A stretch of 63,574 nucleotides of DNA, the filler included, from Collodictyon triciliatum (Eukaryota), in the NCBI GenBank assembly GCA_043381765.1. It is 5 parts of 5 records of this genome, joined end to end, with 100 filler letters (N's around TTAATTAATTAA, not from the genome) between each part and the next. Parts side by side here need not be neighbours in the genome. Positions count along the whole stretch, not along the records: positions 6,278 to 27,252 come from JBHJMP010001210.1; positions 27,353 to 48,337 come from JBHJMP010001211.1; 3 more parts are not named here. One strand, given 5' to 3'. Position numbers and translations under genes: made by a program. The notes below the pieces were generated by a model. The model did no database searches. It was not told the origin of the DNA and worked only from the letters and a program-made list of their open reading frames with translations. Of this stretch, positions 19,948 to 33,084 are shown one piece after another. Every line of letters starts with the position of its first letter. Positions within the stretch are counted from its first letter, which is position 1.

Positions 19948-22900
19948 ATGGGAACTTTTGGAGTTGAGCTTTGGGTGAGTTCCTGAGTGCATGAAATACT
20001 GATTACTCCTCAAAAGGCTTTGTATTTTTTTTTATTCATCTACATATTATTGTTTATATACGTTGACAATTTTCCAACAAGGTACAGTTTTCTTTGTTTC
20101 TTTCTCTTGCACTATATTCGATTTTTTTATTTCCTTTTGTTGTTCTTCTCTCTCTCTCTCTCTCTCTCTCTCTTTCATCTCTCTCTTTCATCTCTCTCTT
20201 CCATCTCTCTCTCTTATTACATCGGCATATCCATGACCAATATCTATTTCTTGTTGGTGCTCATATGATGCCCTCGAGTTTACACATGCTCTTACTAAGT
20301 CACTGGCATATGATTGGATAATCAGGATCGCTTCAATGTCGTCCAAAAACACGGCGATGATACCACCGAAAGTTGTCGGCAGATGGCTGCATTCTTTCAA
20401 AAGCGTGCTGCGCTGGAAAAGGACTACGGGAAGCAACTTGTGGCACTGGCAAGAGATGAGCTTGCTCCAGTGACTAAAGGATTCTTCCAGGAGCCAACAG
20501 CTGCAACGCGTGAGAAAGGGTTAGAAAGAAAAAAACAACAACACATATCGAACTTTTTATTTCTCTTTTTTTTCACTCCCTCGATTTGGGGCTTCAAATA
20601 TATGTTACCATTCTCAACTCGACTGTGAGTGAGCATTTTATGTCTGTGCACAAATATTTCATGTGGTGATGATGAGAGCGGTGAATTTAGAACATTACGC
20701 CAAGGATGGATTTCAATAAGCGAAACAGCAGAAACAGTGGGGAAATTTCACATCGATTTTGCATCTAAAGTATGGTATTATGTCGTTCTTGATATTGAAA
20801 TAAAATGATATCACATATGTGTTTGTTAATGTGTCGAATGGAAATGTCTTATTCATTATGTTTAGAATACTTAATACACATTTCCAAAAAGAAGAGCTGC
20901 AGACAGTCAACATTATTTTTTCTATTAGATAACGGACGAGTTGTTCAATCCGTTGTCCACTTACATTAAGGAGAAAGAAAAGTTGAAGAAACAGGTAATG
21001 GTCATATTTATTCCGAAAAAAAAGTAGAGCAAATCTTTGACCCACGATAGACCATCCTTTTTCATTCATTCTCCAATTATCACCTTTCATTTCTGCTATT
21101 GATATATATTCTATAGGAAGTTTGCAACACATGCGGTTAATAAATATTAGTTGATTTAACATTAGAATGCTAAAATCTTCTAGTCGCATCTTTATATCAA
21201 ATGATTCTTACCATTTTTAAATCATGAATAACAGTATGGAGCAAATGGTCAGAAGGTATTGAAGGACTTCCAGGAAATTGTCGCCAGAATGGAAAAGGTA
21301 AAATATGTTACTCATTTGTAATGCTAAAAAGAAACCGAGAAAAATCAAAAGATTGCAAGAAATAGAAAACAAAATCCATTAGTATTTAATTTTTTTTATA
21401 CCCAACAGGTATATTTGCTGACAACTCAGATTATTTATGATATTTTTCAAATATTTGATGTGAGTAGGCTGAGCAAAGATTAGAACGAGCAAAGAAAGAG
21501 TTAGAAAGCATCGAAGCTGAGGCAGAAAAAGCTGGAAGCACAAAGGCAGCTAAAGTTGGTTTCGTTTGATTTAACATCACATCATTCCATCGCATAAGGC
21601 ACATGAGGCTAATATACGAAAAGTGCGAAAAAGAAACAATATATATACAATTAAAATCTAATCATATGATACTTCACCAAGGACTAAAACTAAGTGATTC
21701 ACCACATGTCTATAATCCATTTCAAATTCAGTATCAGCCAAAGATCCAAACAGCTCAGGAAAAGGTTCGTTCGTGCGACGACGAGCTGGTTCAAGCGAAA
21801 AGAAACACAGAAGATAGCAGACAAAGGACCTTTTTGAACGATTTACCTGATGTTTTGAACGTGAGTCATAATACTTTTCATTTATCTATCAGAGCCAGAT
21901 AGGGCATAAATTATGCCAATTTACGAATGGTAGACATATGATGGCTTCACATCATCATTCAAAATTTGTCCCTATTCAGGAGTTCCAAAAGCTTGAAGAA
22001 GAAAGAATTCGCTACCTTGCTCAGCTATTCACTCAGTTCAATTCACTCCAAGAGGTAACCATTCAACTCAATTTACCGATGAATCTTGACAAACACACGC
22101 TTAATTATAATAGTCTCGTTGCATATAGGTGCTCATGTAATTTGCCTTTTTTTTTTATTACCGTGGTTTGGATGTCCTAATAACCTTTTTAATCATATTT
22201 TCTCATTCTTCACAAACTACCTAGTCTTTGATTCCTGTGATTACGGATAATTGTGGTACTAGCAAAGAGCACGTTGCTAATATTAACATAGTAGGTTCAT
22301 TCAACATTCTAAGCAGCTTTTGAGATTTTTGATATAGTTCCTTCGCACTGATAAATACAATTTTTCTCCATATCTCTCTCTATCTCTATCTCTATCTCTA
22401 TCTCTATCTCTATCTCTATCTCTATCTCTATCTCTATCTCTATCTCTATCTCTATCTCTATCTCTATCTCTATCTCTATCGCTATCTCTTTATTATTTAA
22501 AATTTTATTTATTGCTTAAATTTAAATCAAATAGGAGAGCGACATTGCTCTTTTCATTCATGAGCACAAGTCCCAACAAGGGCCATTCTCAGCCACACAA
22601 AGCCGAGTAATTATTCAGTTACTTTTTCGATGAATCTATCCCATTTTTTTAAATCCCATACATCCTCGTTCTGTTCTTCCGATTCCTTTCTTTACAAATT
22701 CATGCGAGTAAATGAGAAAACCAACAGTCCTCCGGCCCCGATAGACGCACAAAGACGAGAACAGTGAGGTATAATGCTGAAGTTCGCATGGTAATTTCTC
22801 ATCTATTATATATAACACAATCCGACAAACCTTCCTTTGTGGCATACTGTAAAATAGAGATAAACTAGAAACTGTGGTGAAAGTTAACATAAATACCAAA

Positions 22901-24020
22901 ATGGATTTTTTTTCTTCAAAATTAATTTTATGTGCTCCTCAGCCTGAGTTTGAGCCATTTGAAACTCTTCCTTCAGAGACTCGGCGTGAGAGAATCACGT
23001 CCAAAATCGAAGAGATTCGTGCATCGATCAAAGTTGAGCAGAGGTAATTTATACTTTTCTCATTCAAAAAAAAAAAAAGCATCACTGGCTATTCGACTAC
23101 CACACAAAACTAATGTATAGCAAGCTTAAAAATATGGTTCTATTATATCTTGTGCAAATCCATAGAGCGACCAAAGGAATTGAAAATATGATGCAATTAT
23201 ACTCGTCTCATCCTGAAATGAAGCAAAAAGTGGAGCAACAGGTATGTAGATTAATAATAATTTTTCCTCTTTTTTTATATATATATATATTTGGTTGCTG
23301 CTCGCTGTTTCGTAATACTTTATTTTTTTTTTTTTAGATAATTTCAATTTTTAACACACTCAATAGTTGGAAGTTTCCCAAGCCAAAATTGCAACGCTAA
23401 AGGATTATCAAAATCGATATAATGTGCCCTTTCAATATCTATATCCACCACCATGATTTTGCAACATTCGATTTATTTTTATCCTCTTCCTCTTGTACTC
23501 TCCATTTTCTTTTCTTCCCAGACTAATTGCCGTGGTGATTGGTCATACGCGCACAATTTTTCTGGCGTATTGAACACCCATACTTGCAGAGTATCCTGAG
23601 TACACTCGGAGAAACACCGGAGCCAGGGTCAGACGAAGAAGCCCACAACGGAGGTTTGCCTAGTAATACGGATGACGAGCAAGCAGAACAAGCATGCACA
23701 CTCATCGCTGTGGACCCCTTCGAAGTAGTGTAAGTCAAACACTCGAAGAAATAGCCGACCTCTTCCTCTTCTATTTCAATTGTAAACCGCCGCGGAACCT
23801 GCAGCTTCCTTGTCGAACGAACAATTATATGTCCACCAACGCTCTACACAAAATTACATGCAGCGCTCTATACGACTACGAAGCAGGAGAAGAAGACGAA
23901 ATCAGCTTCAATGCCGGAGACACAATAGTCATCCACGCCCAGGGGGATAGTGGGTGGTGGGAAGGCGAGATTCGCGGCCAGCTCGGACTGTTACCGAGCA
24001 ATTATGTCGAGATGAAGTAA
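19948..24020 (+). CDS. F-BAR + HR1 + SH3 protein (CIP4/FBP17/Toca-like architecture)
   Basis: FCH start MGTFGVELW|DRFNVV...FFQKRAALEKDYGKQL; FQKLEEERIRYL; HR1-like ATKGIENMMQLY; C-terminal SH3 ALYDYEAGEEDEISF...GWWEG...GLLPSNYV. Confidence 0.88.
22370..22487. repeat. (ATCTCT)n intronic microsatellite
   Basis: Direct inspection. Confidence 0.95.
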
Positions 24021-24495
24021 ACCTTCTTGTGCGTGTGGGTGGTGTCTGTGGTGTTTGCCATCAAGTCTGCATACTCGGATGCAACCATAATGCACGATAC
24101 TGAAAACTCAGATGAAAAAGAAAAAAATGAAGATGTCCTTGGCGGCGGAGGATGGACCGATTATGGTGGGAGCTGTGATAAGGCAATCAGTCTTAATTCA
24201 TCCTCTGCAACTTTATTTTCCCCTCTTCTACTCCCTTTCTTTTATGTCCCGTCGCTTTGTCAACTTCTGGGTCTCCCTGAAAAATCACCTTATAAAAAAA
24301 ATTCCAAGAAAAAAGAAAAAAAAAGCAGGTATCCTTGAATCAATATATAATCAATGTTTCGCGAAATGAAAATATGCACACACATATACATTTGCACAAT
24401 TCCCTCTCCCTCTTTCTTTTTTACTTTTCAACGGTCAACCTGAGGAGGGATTCGTTTGTTGGAGGTCTGTTTTCCTAGACAAACGACAGCAAGCT

Positions 24496-25340
24496 TTAAT
24501 CAAAGTCGTCCAATGCTCCAAGCGAGCTCAGCGACGCCCAGAAGCGTTTGTAGAGCTGCATGAACTTTGCGACAAAAGCCTCAAGATGGAATATTGCTTT
24601 GCTTCCCAGCTGAATGCGGTGCTCCTGTACATACCACAACGCCACAGAATAGAGGAGATATTGATTAGCACATACCATCCTGGAATATACGCCAAAAGGT
24701 GGAGAAACAAAAAAGAAAAAAGATCAAGAGAGAAGATGATAAAAATACAAGAACAGAAGAGCAGAAAAAGCGATGACTTACATAGAAAGCGGCCCATGCT
24801 ACGACTTCGTGCTTCAAAGATTCATCACATTTTGGGAGAAGCTCATTTAAAAGAGTCTGATATGAAAGAAGGCAAGGCAAAGTATCGAAATGAGCCGTGT
24901 CTGAAACTTGTATCTCCCTTATTGACCCTGACTACAGTTCCGATATTATCATGCAAACCTTGAGAATAATATCAGGTGGGATGCAGTGGCTAAGAAGTTC
25001 GTATAGATCTTGACGCACTAGAAGCAGTCTATAATTGCCATGAGGTGAACAATAAGCAAATAGAAAAATAAGTACTTAAAACATTATCGAATTAATAAAT
25101 ACCACGGTTAAAGTTCAATAGCTAATGTGTGTAAAATATGTGAGCTACTTGAGCAAATACCTTTTGGGGCTTTGCTCGGAAAGTATTTTTTTGGACATGT
25201 CTTGGATGAACCTTTCCCAATCCGGCTTTATGATGGCCTGGCTATCAGAGAATGGATACCTACAATAAAATCAAGTATACATAATCCAGGAACACATTCT
25301 TAAATTAAATAATAAGTTTAAAGTTGTTCCAATATGAGGA

Positions 25341-25388
<48 letters not shown>

Positions 25389-27168
25389 AAAAAAGAAAAA
25401 AAGAAAGAAAGAAAAAAGAAAAAAGAAAAAAAAAAAAGAAAAAAGAAAAAAGAAAAAAGAAAAAAAAAAAAAGAAAAAAGAAAAAAAAAAAAAGAAAAAA
25501 AAAAAAGAAAGAAAGAAATAAAAAAAAGAATAAAAAAAAAAGAAAAAAAAAAACAAGAAAAAAAAAAACAAGAATAAAAAAAAACAAGAATAAAAAAAAA
25601 CAAGAATAAAAACTGATTAGATTTAAAAGTTAAGTTGAAAAGTTCAGAACTGGTTGACGCGGCTTGCTTCGAGAATGAGAAGGGCACGCCTAAGGTTTCC
25701 GTTGCACTCTGAAACTATTCTATTGGCAAACCCTTGTGGTATAGATATTCCTTCCCGCCCGGCTACGTGGCTCAGAACTTCCAATATCTTTAAATAATCC
25801 GAAATAAATAGTGATGCCGAATCAATGGGGGGGGGGGGGGGGTTGATGGTTGCGAGGAATTACAGACCTTTTCAGTTTCACATATTACTCGGGTATGTAA
25901 GAAAGAACAGTGCGGTAAAAAGATAGGAAATACTTTCATATCATTCAAAGCATTACATACATCATCTGGAGTCGGGGCAGCAACTCGGATTGGCAAACAC
26001 CGAGACCGAAGTGGTTCCAGCACTTTGCTGACAGAGTTGCATATCAGAATTAATCGACAAGATGATGAGTATTTTTCCATCGTCCGACGAAGTGCCTGTT
26101 GAGCATCCTTCGTCATTCTGTCAACCTCCGTCAAAACCACAACTAAGATGTTCGAGAAATCCGAGTGGGTTAGATGTGGAGTACAGATTGAAATTCTATC
26201 CTTATTCAAAAGTCTTCTTTCAATATCTTTTCTAGAATTTAGCAGAACGATGGAAATCATAATATAAAACGTATAATTTAGCCTAAAACATCCTTGATAT
26301 TGGGTCTTCTATGCAAATCACGTATTGGAACCTTTGAATTTATGGCCACTTTGCTCCACACTATTAGTTTGGGCTATTTCCTTGATGAGTTCCTAGGGAT
26401 TTACCTTAATTAACTATAGGCATATTTTTTTTTGGTTTTGTTTCATAAAATTCAAACATAATATTGTTGGTTTTCAAGGGAAAATGGGAATGGGGTATCA
26501 TATAAAGAATATAAATTATATGCACTGGATAGATTATATATAAACAATTGGCTGATTAAAAGAATCATCACAGCCCATACCTGAATTACTACCCTGTCAT
26601 AAAATCCAGCATCACTGGGATTCAGTTCGATATGGTGATTGCTAACCAAAAGCGATATTTCTACAGTACGATTTGATGGAGTCTGCATGACCGTTAGTAT
26701 AGTCATAGTGAACAATACCAAACAAATAATATACATGTCCTTCATTTTTAACATATTTATCAAACAAACTCCAACGGAGAGACTTATGAAATAGACGGCG
26801 GAATCCCAATAATAATTCATGAGACATAGTTCATGTTTTTTTGAAGTAATAAAATACCTTGAATGTTTTTTGGTCGGCCCGTATCTGATAAAGAGGCCAT
26901 GAGATAAAAATCGTTATTCATGGCACCAACGATTGGTAAATTGTACATAAGTTAGCCAATTATGTTGGATTCAGAAAGTCAGATGGGACATTCTCTTTGA
27001 ATAAAAAAAAATGCTTTCAAGGATGTAAAATGGAGGAAAATAGCAGAGAGCACAAGCCTTATCGACACCCCCTCCAAAAAGCTCGCGAAGAAGCGCCATG
27101 ATGCGAGTCCGCTTCCCAGCGCCGGAGGGCCCATGGAAGATCAAATGAGGGAAATCCTCCGAAGATGA
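24496..27168 (-). CDS. RFC3: Replication factor C subunit 3 (human RFC3/yeast RFC5); first exon(s) lost at the contig join
   Basis: [85 protein letters not shown]. Confidence 0.95.
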
Positions 27169-27194
27169 CTGCATACATTTTTATGTTTGCTTTT

Positions 27195-27244
<50 letters not shown>

Positions 27245-27252
27245 TGTTTTTT

Positions 27253-27352
27253 NNNNNNNNNNNNNNNNNNNNNNNNNNNNNNNNNNNNNNNNNNNNTTAA
27301 TTAATTAANNNNNNNNNNNNNNNNNNNNNNNNNNNNNNNNNNNNNNNNNNNN
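27253..27352. other. Artificial contig-join spacer
   Basis: N-TTAATTAATTAA-N. Confidence 0.95.
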
Positions 27353-27617
27353 TCATTATCATTATCATTATCATTATCATTATCATTATCATTATCATTA
27401 TCATTATCATTATCATTATCATTATCATTATCATTATCAATATCAATATCATTATCAATATCATTATCAATATCATTATCAATATCATTATCAATATCAA
27501 TATCATTATCATTATCATTATCATTATCATTATCATTATCAATATCATTATCGTTATCAATATCATTATCAATATCATTATCAATATCATTATCAATATC
27601 ATTATCATTATCAATAT
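27353..27617. repeat. (ATCATT/ATCAAT)n microsatellite at a contig end
   Basis: Direct inspection. Confidence 0.95.
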
Positions 27618-27860
27618 TATTATTATTGTTATAAACACAACTCTAATGTTTTGATATAAAGCTCTCCTTCCCTCCTCTCTCCTCTTTCTCTCCTCTCTTT
27701 TTTTTTCTTAAAAAACACACACCATCTCTCATCCTTTTCGTATTGCTTTTATAAACACAATTTAGTCGGTATTCACAAATATATTGGAAAATTATTGAAA
27801 ATTCCAATACATTCCTACTTCACTATTACATACATTTTTATGGTTCTTTCTTGCTTTTAG

Positions 27861-29662
27861 CTACAAGAGCAGGTTACTATATTCAAAAAGAACCTCGAAG
27901 ACTTTGCATTAAAATACAGAAAGCAAATAAACGAAGACCCTATATTTCGAATGCAATTCCAAAAGATGTGTACCAGTATCGGAGTCGACCCTCTAACATG
28001 TATGGAGCCTGGTTTATGTTGTGAAATTGCAATGTCTTCATACAGATAATGATAATGATAATGGTAATGATATTGGTAATGATATTGGTAATGATAATGG
28101 TAATGATAATGGTAATGATAACGATAACGATAACGATAATGATAATGATAATGGTAATGATAAGAATAACAATAAGAATAACAACAATAATGATAACAAC
28201 AATAAAAAAAACTTCCAAAGCCAGCATCTCCACCATCCTGCACAAAATTGAAAGGAAGAATAAAATAATAATAATAATAAACTTCACATAAGCTACAAAT
28301 TATATCACCAAACCGATCATATTTCTTTTCACCACACCCCAGTATGTATAAGCGATTATACTCACTGAGACATATTTTAACTAGCAAACAAAGGGTTTTG
28401 GGCTGAACTGCTCGGATTTGGTAATTTCTACTCTGAATTAACCGTTCAAGTTATTCAGGTTCTCATTACAATATTTGTATTCCTTACGCCTATAGACATC
28501 TCATCTACACCAGAAAATATCCTCTTAACAAAATGTTCAGAGTTATTTATATGTTAAACATTTCAATATTTGTTTACCTACTTTCCGTATACTCAATTTT
28601 CATTTTCAATCTCATACAGATACCTTATATATATTTTACTTTCACAGCATCCCTTGAGTGTTTTTTTTTTGTTTTTTTTTTGTTTAACTTATTCACATTT
28701 TTTTAAATTTTATATCAAGATCATTTCTATCATTCAAAAGAACATTCTTGTTATTATATAAAATAAAATGAGTAAGACTGAATATTTCCATGACAAGAAA
28801 AATATAAACACATAGATTTGCATAGCAACAAAGAGTAGAAATGGAGGATTGATCGAATTGAAGGAATTACTTAAACTTGTCCAAAAACTACGCCCATCCA
28901 CTGCCAACCAAGTATCGGAGTAATATTTAGCTCTTTGTTACGTTTTTTGTCTCGTTATATATATTAAATATACGATTCAGAGGCTTTGAATCGAATAAAG
29001 GAAAAAAATACGATTCAGGTGTGAAAGTATATCTTTGAAATTATATTTCTTTTGATATTTCTAGAGATGACATTGAAAGAGTGGTAAAGAAAATAAAGCT
29101 ACTGGGAAATGGCTACGACATTCTGTATATCGGTCCAAAAAAAATTGTACAGTCTGTTCCATGTGAGTTGAATCGAGACCATACCGGAATTCTTGAATTA
29201 GGAGAGGTAGTAAGCAAATCAGTGCGACAGCCACTTTTCTTCCATATGGTATTTTGTATCTAATCTTTCTTTTCTATAAAAAAAAATATGAATGTTGCCC
29301 ATTCTTTTCTCACACCATAATGTATCTAACCATTAGGACACAGGATTCTTTACTGTTAGTTCCATCGTATCTAAATTAGCGTGGGATAAGGCTCGAATTG
29401 AATCAGCATTAGTATGTTATTCCAATAAATATGCGAATAGAAATCACTCACCTTCGTGTGCAAAAATAGACCATCCGTGCGATATTCCTCATCGTGCCAG
29501 ACCATGTACAACTAAATAATCGATAATCCCCTGCCACCAAATTTCTAATCCACCGCAAACGCAATCTAGAATCTGTTGCTGAGGGAAGGCATGGTGTGGA
29601 TTGACTCACAAGCAGGTCAAGAGCTTCACTACTGGGTCCCATCATTCATGTCTCTCAGTTAA
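27861..29662 (+). CDS. SNF8: ESCRT-II subunit SNF8/VPS22/EAP30; 5' exon(s) missing
   Basis: Spliced by eye: [90 protein letters not shown]...YWVPS. Confidence 0.93.
28970..29018 (+). mobile_element. Micro-insertion copy 2: AGG-CTTTGAATCGAATAAAGG + A-run between 11-bp direct repeats
   Basis: ATACGATTCAG at 28970-28980 and 29008-29018; lies in a SNF8 intron. Confidence 0.65.
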
Positions 29663-30158
29663 GAACACCGTTTGGTTGGGTCAGAAAAATCAAAGACTAC
29701 GAAAATACTAGTCATCAAGATACAATTTTTTTTTAAAAAAAAAACCCAATACCCCAAAACTCGCGAAGACCCTCAACTATCGCTCATAAAAATCCCACAG
29801 TTGGAATAATTCCACATATGAAAACACTAAAAAAGACATTCCTATTGAATATTCAGTGTACTATTCCGAAAAAGAAAATAAATTACCTAATTTGTCTCTT
29901 TGGTATTGTGGCGAGAGATATAAAATGACGATTGGGTTTCTCGCTTTGCCCACGCTTTGTTCTGACCTATCATAACACGCAAGAAAAAAAAGCGAAAAAA
30001 AGACTCGCGACGCAACCTCATAGAACGATTGGCAACAAGCGAGATCACCACGAAGGAGAATATATATATAAAAGGGGGAAAAGAACACACTCTGAGAGGT
30101 TTAGTAGAATTTGTCAAGACGGAAAGCCAAAGACACTAAGCTCGGCCAAACTCAAGCC

Positions 30159-30189
<31 letters not shown>

Positions 30190-30387
30190 AACTCTAGTTT
30201 TATATTCGATCCCACACACCCGGAAACAAATTACACACCAAAGCTATGCAGCGCACCTGTGGCTCTTGGCTTCTTTGCTGCCTTTTACCCTTACTTGACT
30301 GCACGACAGCAGCTCGCAACAAAGCACACATATACTTTCGATGCATGTGAAAAGTCACGTTTCTCTCAAACACAGACACGCTGAGAA

Positions 30388-32802
30388 ATGTCACAGACCA
30401 CCGCTACAGAGAAGAAAGATGGACCGGTTCGCTGCACTTGGGAGTTGGGAAAACAGCAGACTTCGCCCCATTCGCACATTCCCAGGTAACATGCTTCTAT
30501 TTTCAAATCAATCTGACTACACCAATAGGCGTGGGCAACAAGCACACAAATACAACTGTTCAGACCCAACCCTTAAAACAAAGAACGCTGACGTATTCTT
30601 TTTGAATAGCACTGCTGAGCCGCCCATCTGCGAGACGATCCTGGAGCACATTGGAAATACACCAATGGTTCGCATCAACCGTATTGGAAAGGCTGAAGGC
30701 CTAGAATGCGAAATCCGTAGGTGACATTGTTCCATATCTCGCTATATCACACGTATGTACGTATATGCAAACACGTGTAACATTCCATGGAAGCATATGG
30801 ACTCTATCGAAGGGTACATACCACTCCCTAACACATTTTCTCTGCACAGTTGCAAAGTGCGAATACTTTAATGCCGGTGGGTCTGTAAAGGACCGCATTG
30901 GAAAGCGCATGGTAGAGGATGCCGAGAAGTCAGGACGCATCAAACCTGGAGATACGCTTATCGAGCCCACATCTGGAAACACAGGCAAGAAACGACCGCA
31001 TTGTCCACAATTCCTTTTCAGAGGGTTGAATCATCCAATACATACACGTTCTCATGCGCATACTCATCTCCCACCAGGTATTGGCCTCGCTCTGGCGGCT
31101 GCCATCAAGGGCTATCGCATGATTATCACTCTTCCTGAGAAGATGTCTGAAGAGAAAGTCAATGTTCTGAAGGCCTTGGGTGCTGAAATCATCCGAACCC
31201 CGACAGAAGCGGCTTTTGACTCGCCTGAGTCCCACATTGGTGTTGCCAAGCGCCTGAACCAGGAAATCCCAAACTCTCACATCCTTGATCAATATGCAAA
31301 CCCATCCAATCCGCTTGCCCACTACGACGGGACTGCAGAGGAAATCTTGCGTCAATGCGATGGTAAAATCGATGTCCTCGTGGCTGGAGCTGGAACTGGT
31401 GGGACAATTAGTGGAATCGCCAGAAAGCTCAAGGAGAAACTTCCAAACATCAAGGCACGCTCTCTTTTCTTTTCTTTTCATGTTGCGCAATTGACACATA
31501 CTTATGCATCGCTTTTTTTTTGTTTTTTTTTTGTTTTTTGTTTAATACGCTTTTATCTCGGTAAAATGAACTGGTCTATTGCAGCTGAAAACGAGCATAG
31601 TAAGAATAAATTAGCAAGTTGTAATTTCAATAAATAATTTTCTCATCAGGTGGTTGGTGTTGATCCTCACGGCTCCATCCTCGCCCTCCCAGAGTCTCTC
31701 AACGGAGCAATCTCTTCCTATCAAGTAAAACATCTGAATATGTATTACATCTAAATCGCACATAATTCAAAAAAAAAAAAAAAAACAGCACGCTGCACAA
31801 CCATCACACTCAGCAATATACAACCTCCCTATCATAATAGGTCGAAGGAATTGGATACGACTTTATCCCCACCGTGCTTGATCGCTCTCTGATCGACCTC
31901 TGGATCAAAACCCACGACGAAGAGTCTCTCTTGATGGCCCGTCGTCTCATTCGAGAGGAAGGGCTTCTCGTTGGTAAGTAGAACGTCCTATTATATAATT
32001 TTCATCATTACCACTATTATTATGACTATCACCACCACCATCATCACCACCATCATTACCACTATCATCACCACTATCATTACCACTATCATTACCACTA
32101 TCATTACCACTATCATTACCACTATCATTACCACTATCATTGCCACTATCATCACCACTACCATCATCGCTACCATCATCAGGCGGCTCATCTGGGACAG
32201 CCATGGTTGCGGCACTGAGAGCATGCAAGGAGCTGAAGCTCAAGGCTGGACAGCGCTGCGTCGTGCTCCTCCCCGACTCCACGCGCAACTACATGACCAA
32301 GTTCCTGAGCGACTCGTGGATGGTGGAGAAGGGCTTTATGAACGCCGTGGACCGCCGCCCCGAGGAGTGGTGGATGCAGAGGACGGTGGCCGAGCTGAAC
32401 CTGCAGACGCCCGTGACGATTCTGCCGCAGGTGCGCTGCAAAGAGGCTGTGGAGATTCTGCGCAAGCAAGGCATCGACCAGCTGCCCGTGGTGGACGAAA
32501 ACAACCAGGTTCTCGGTGTGGTGACGGAGGGCAACATCACCGCCCGCCTGCTCAACGGCCGCCTGTCCATCGACGACCCTGTCAGCAACTGCATCTACCG
32601 CCAGTTCCGCAACATCTCGCTCCGCACCACCCTTCGCGAGCTGTCCCTCATCTTCGACAAGGACCACTTTGCCCTCGTCACCACCACGCAGCGCTGCTTC
32701 TCCTCGGAGAATGCCCAGACCGAAAAGACCGTGGTTTACGGCGTCGTCACGCGCATCGACCTTCTCCAGTTTGTCACGTCTGGTGCTGAAAAAAAACAAT
32801 AA
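30388..32802 (+). CDS. CBS: Cystathionine beta-synthase: N-terminal heme motif, PLP catalytic core and C-terminal CBS-domain pair
   Basis: RCTWELG...[80 protein letters not shown] repeats ending GVVTRIDLL. Confidence 0.96.
32003..32180. repeat. (CCACTATCATTA)-type minisatellite filling the last CBS intron up to the acceptor
   Basis: Direct inspection; the repeat ends in ...catcatcag|GCGGCTCA. Confidence 0.92.
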
Positions 32803-33084
32803 TAATAACAAACAGAAAAAGAAAAGAACAAACCAGCGCGCGTTATTACAATCCTTCTGTCTTTTCTGTGCTGCCCGGTGCTGTCAGGCCGCACTTGCAG
32901 CATAGATTCTTTTTCTTTTTCGTTTTCTTCTGTTGTCAAGTCTGGCGCTGCGAAGGAAGGAGGAGTATTGTTTGGTTATTTTTGCTCTTGTTTCTATAGG
33001 TCTTTGCGTGGCAGTTGACTTGTGTTGAGGCTCGTTATCGCGGAGCGTGACTCACCTCTGTAGGAAACAGAGTCGTGTTCGGGG

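Noticed and set aside
20508-20509. Possible GC donor in F-BAR exon 2
   Set aside because: A GT donor 12 nt downstream (AAAGG|gttaga) has the right phase.
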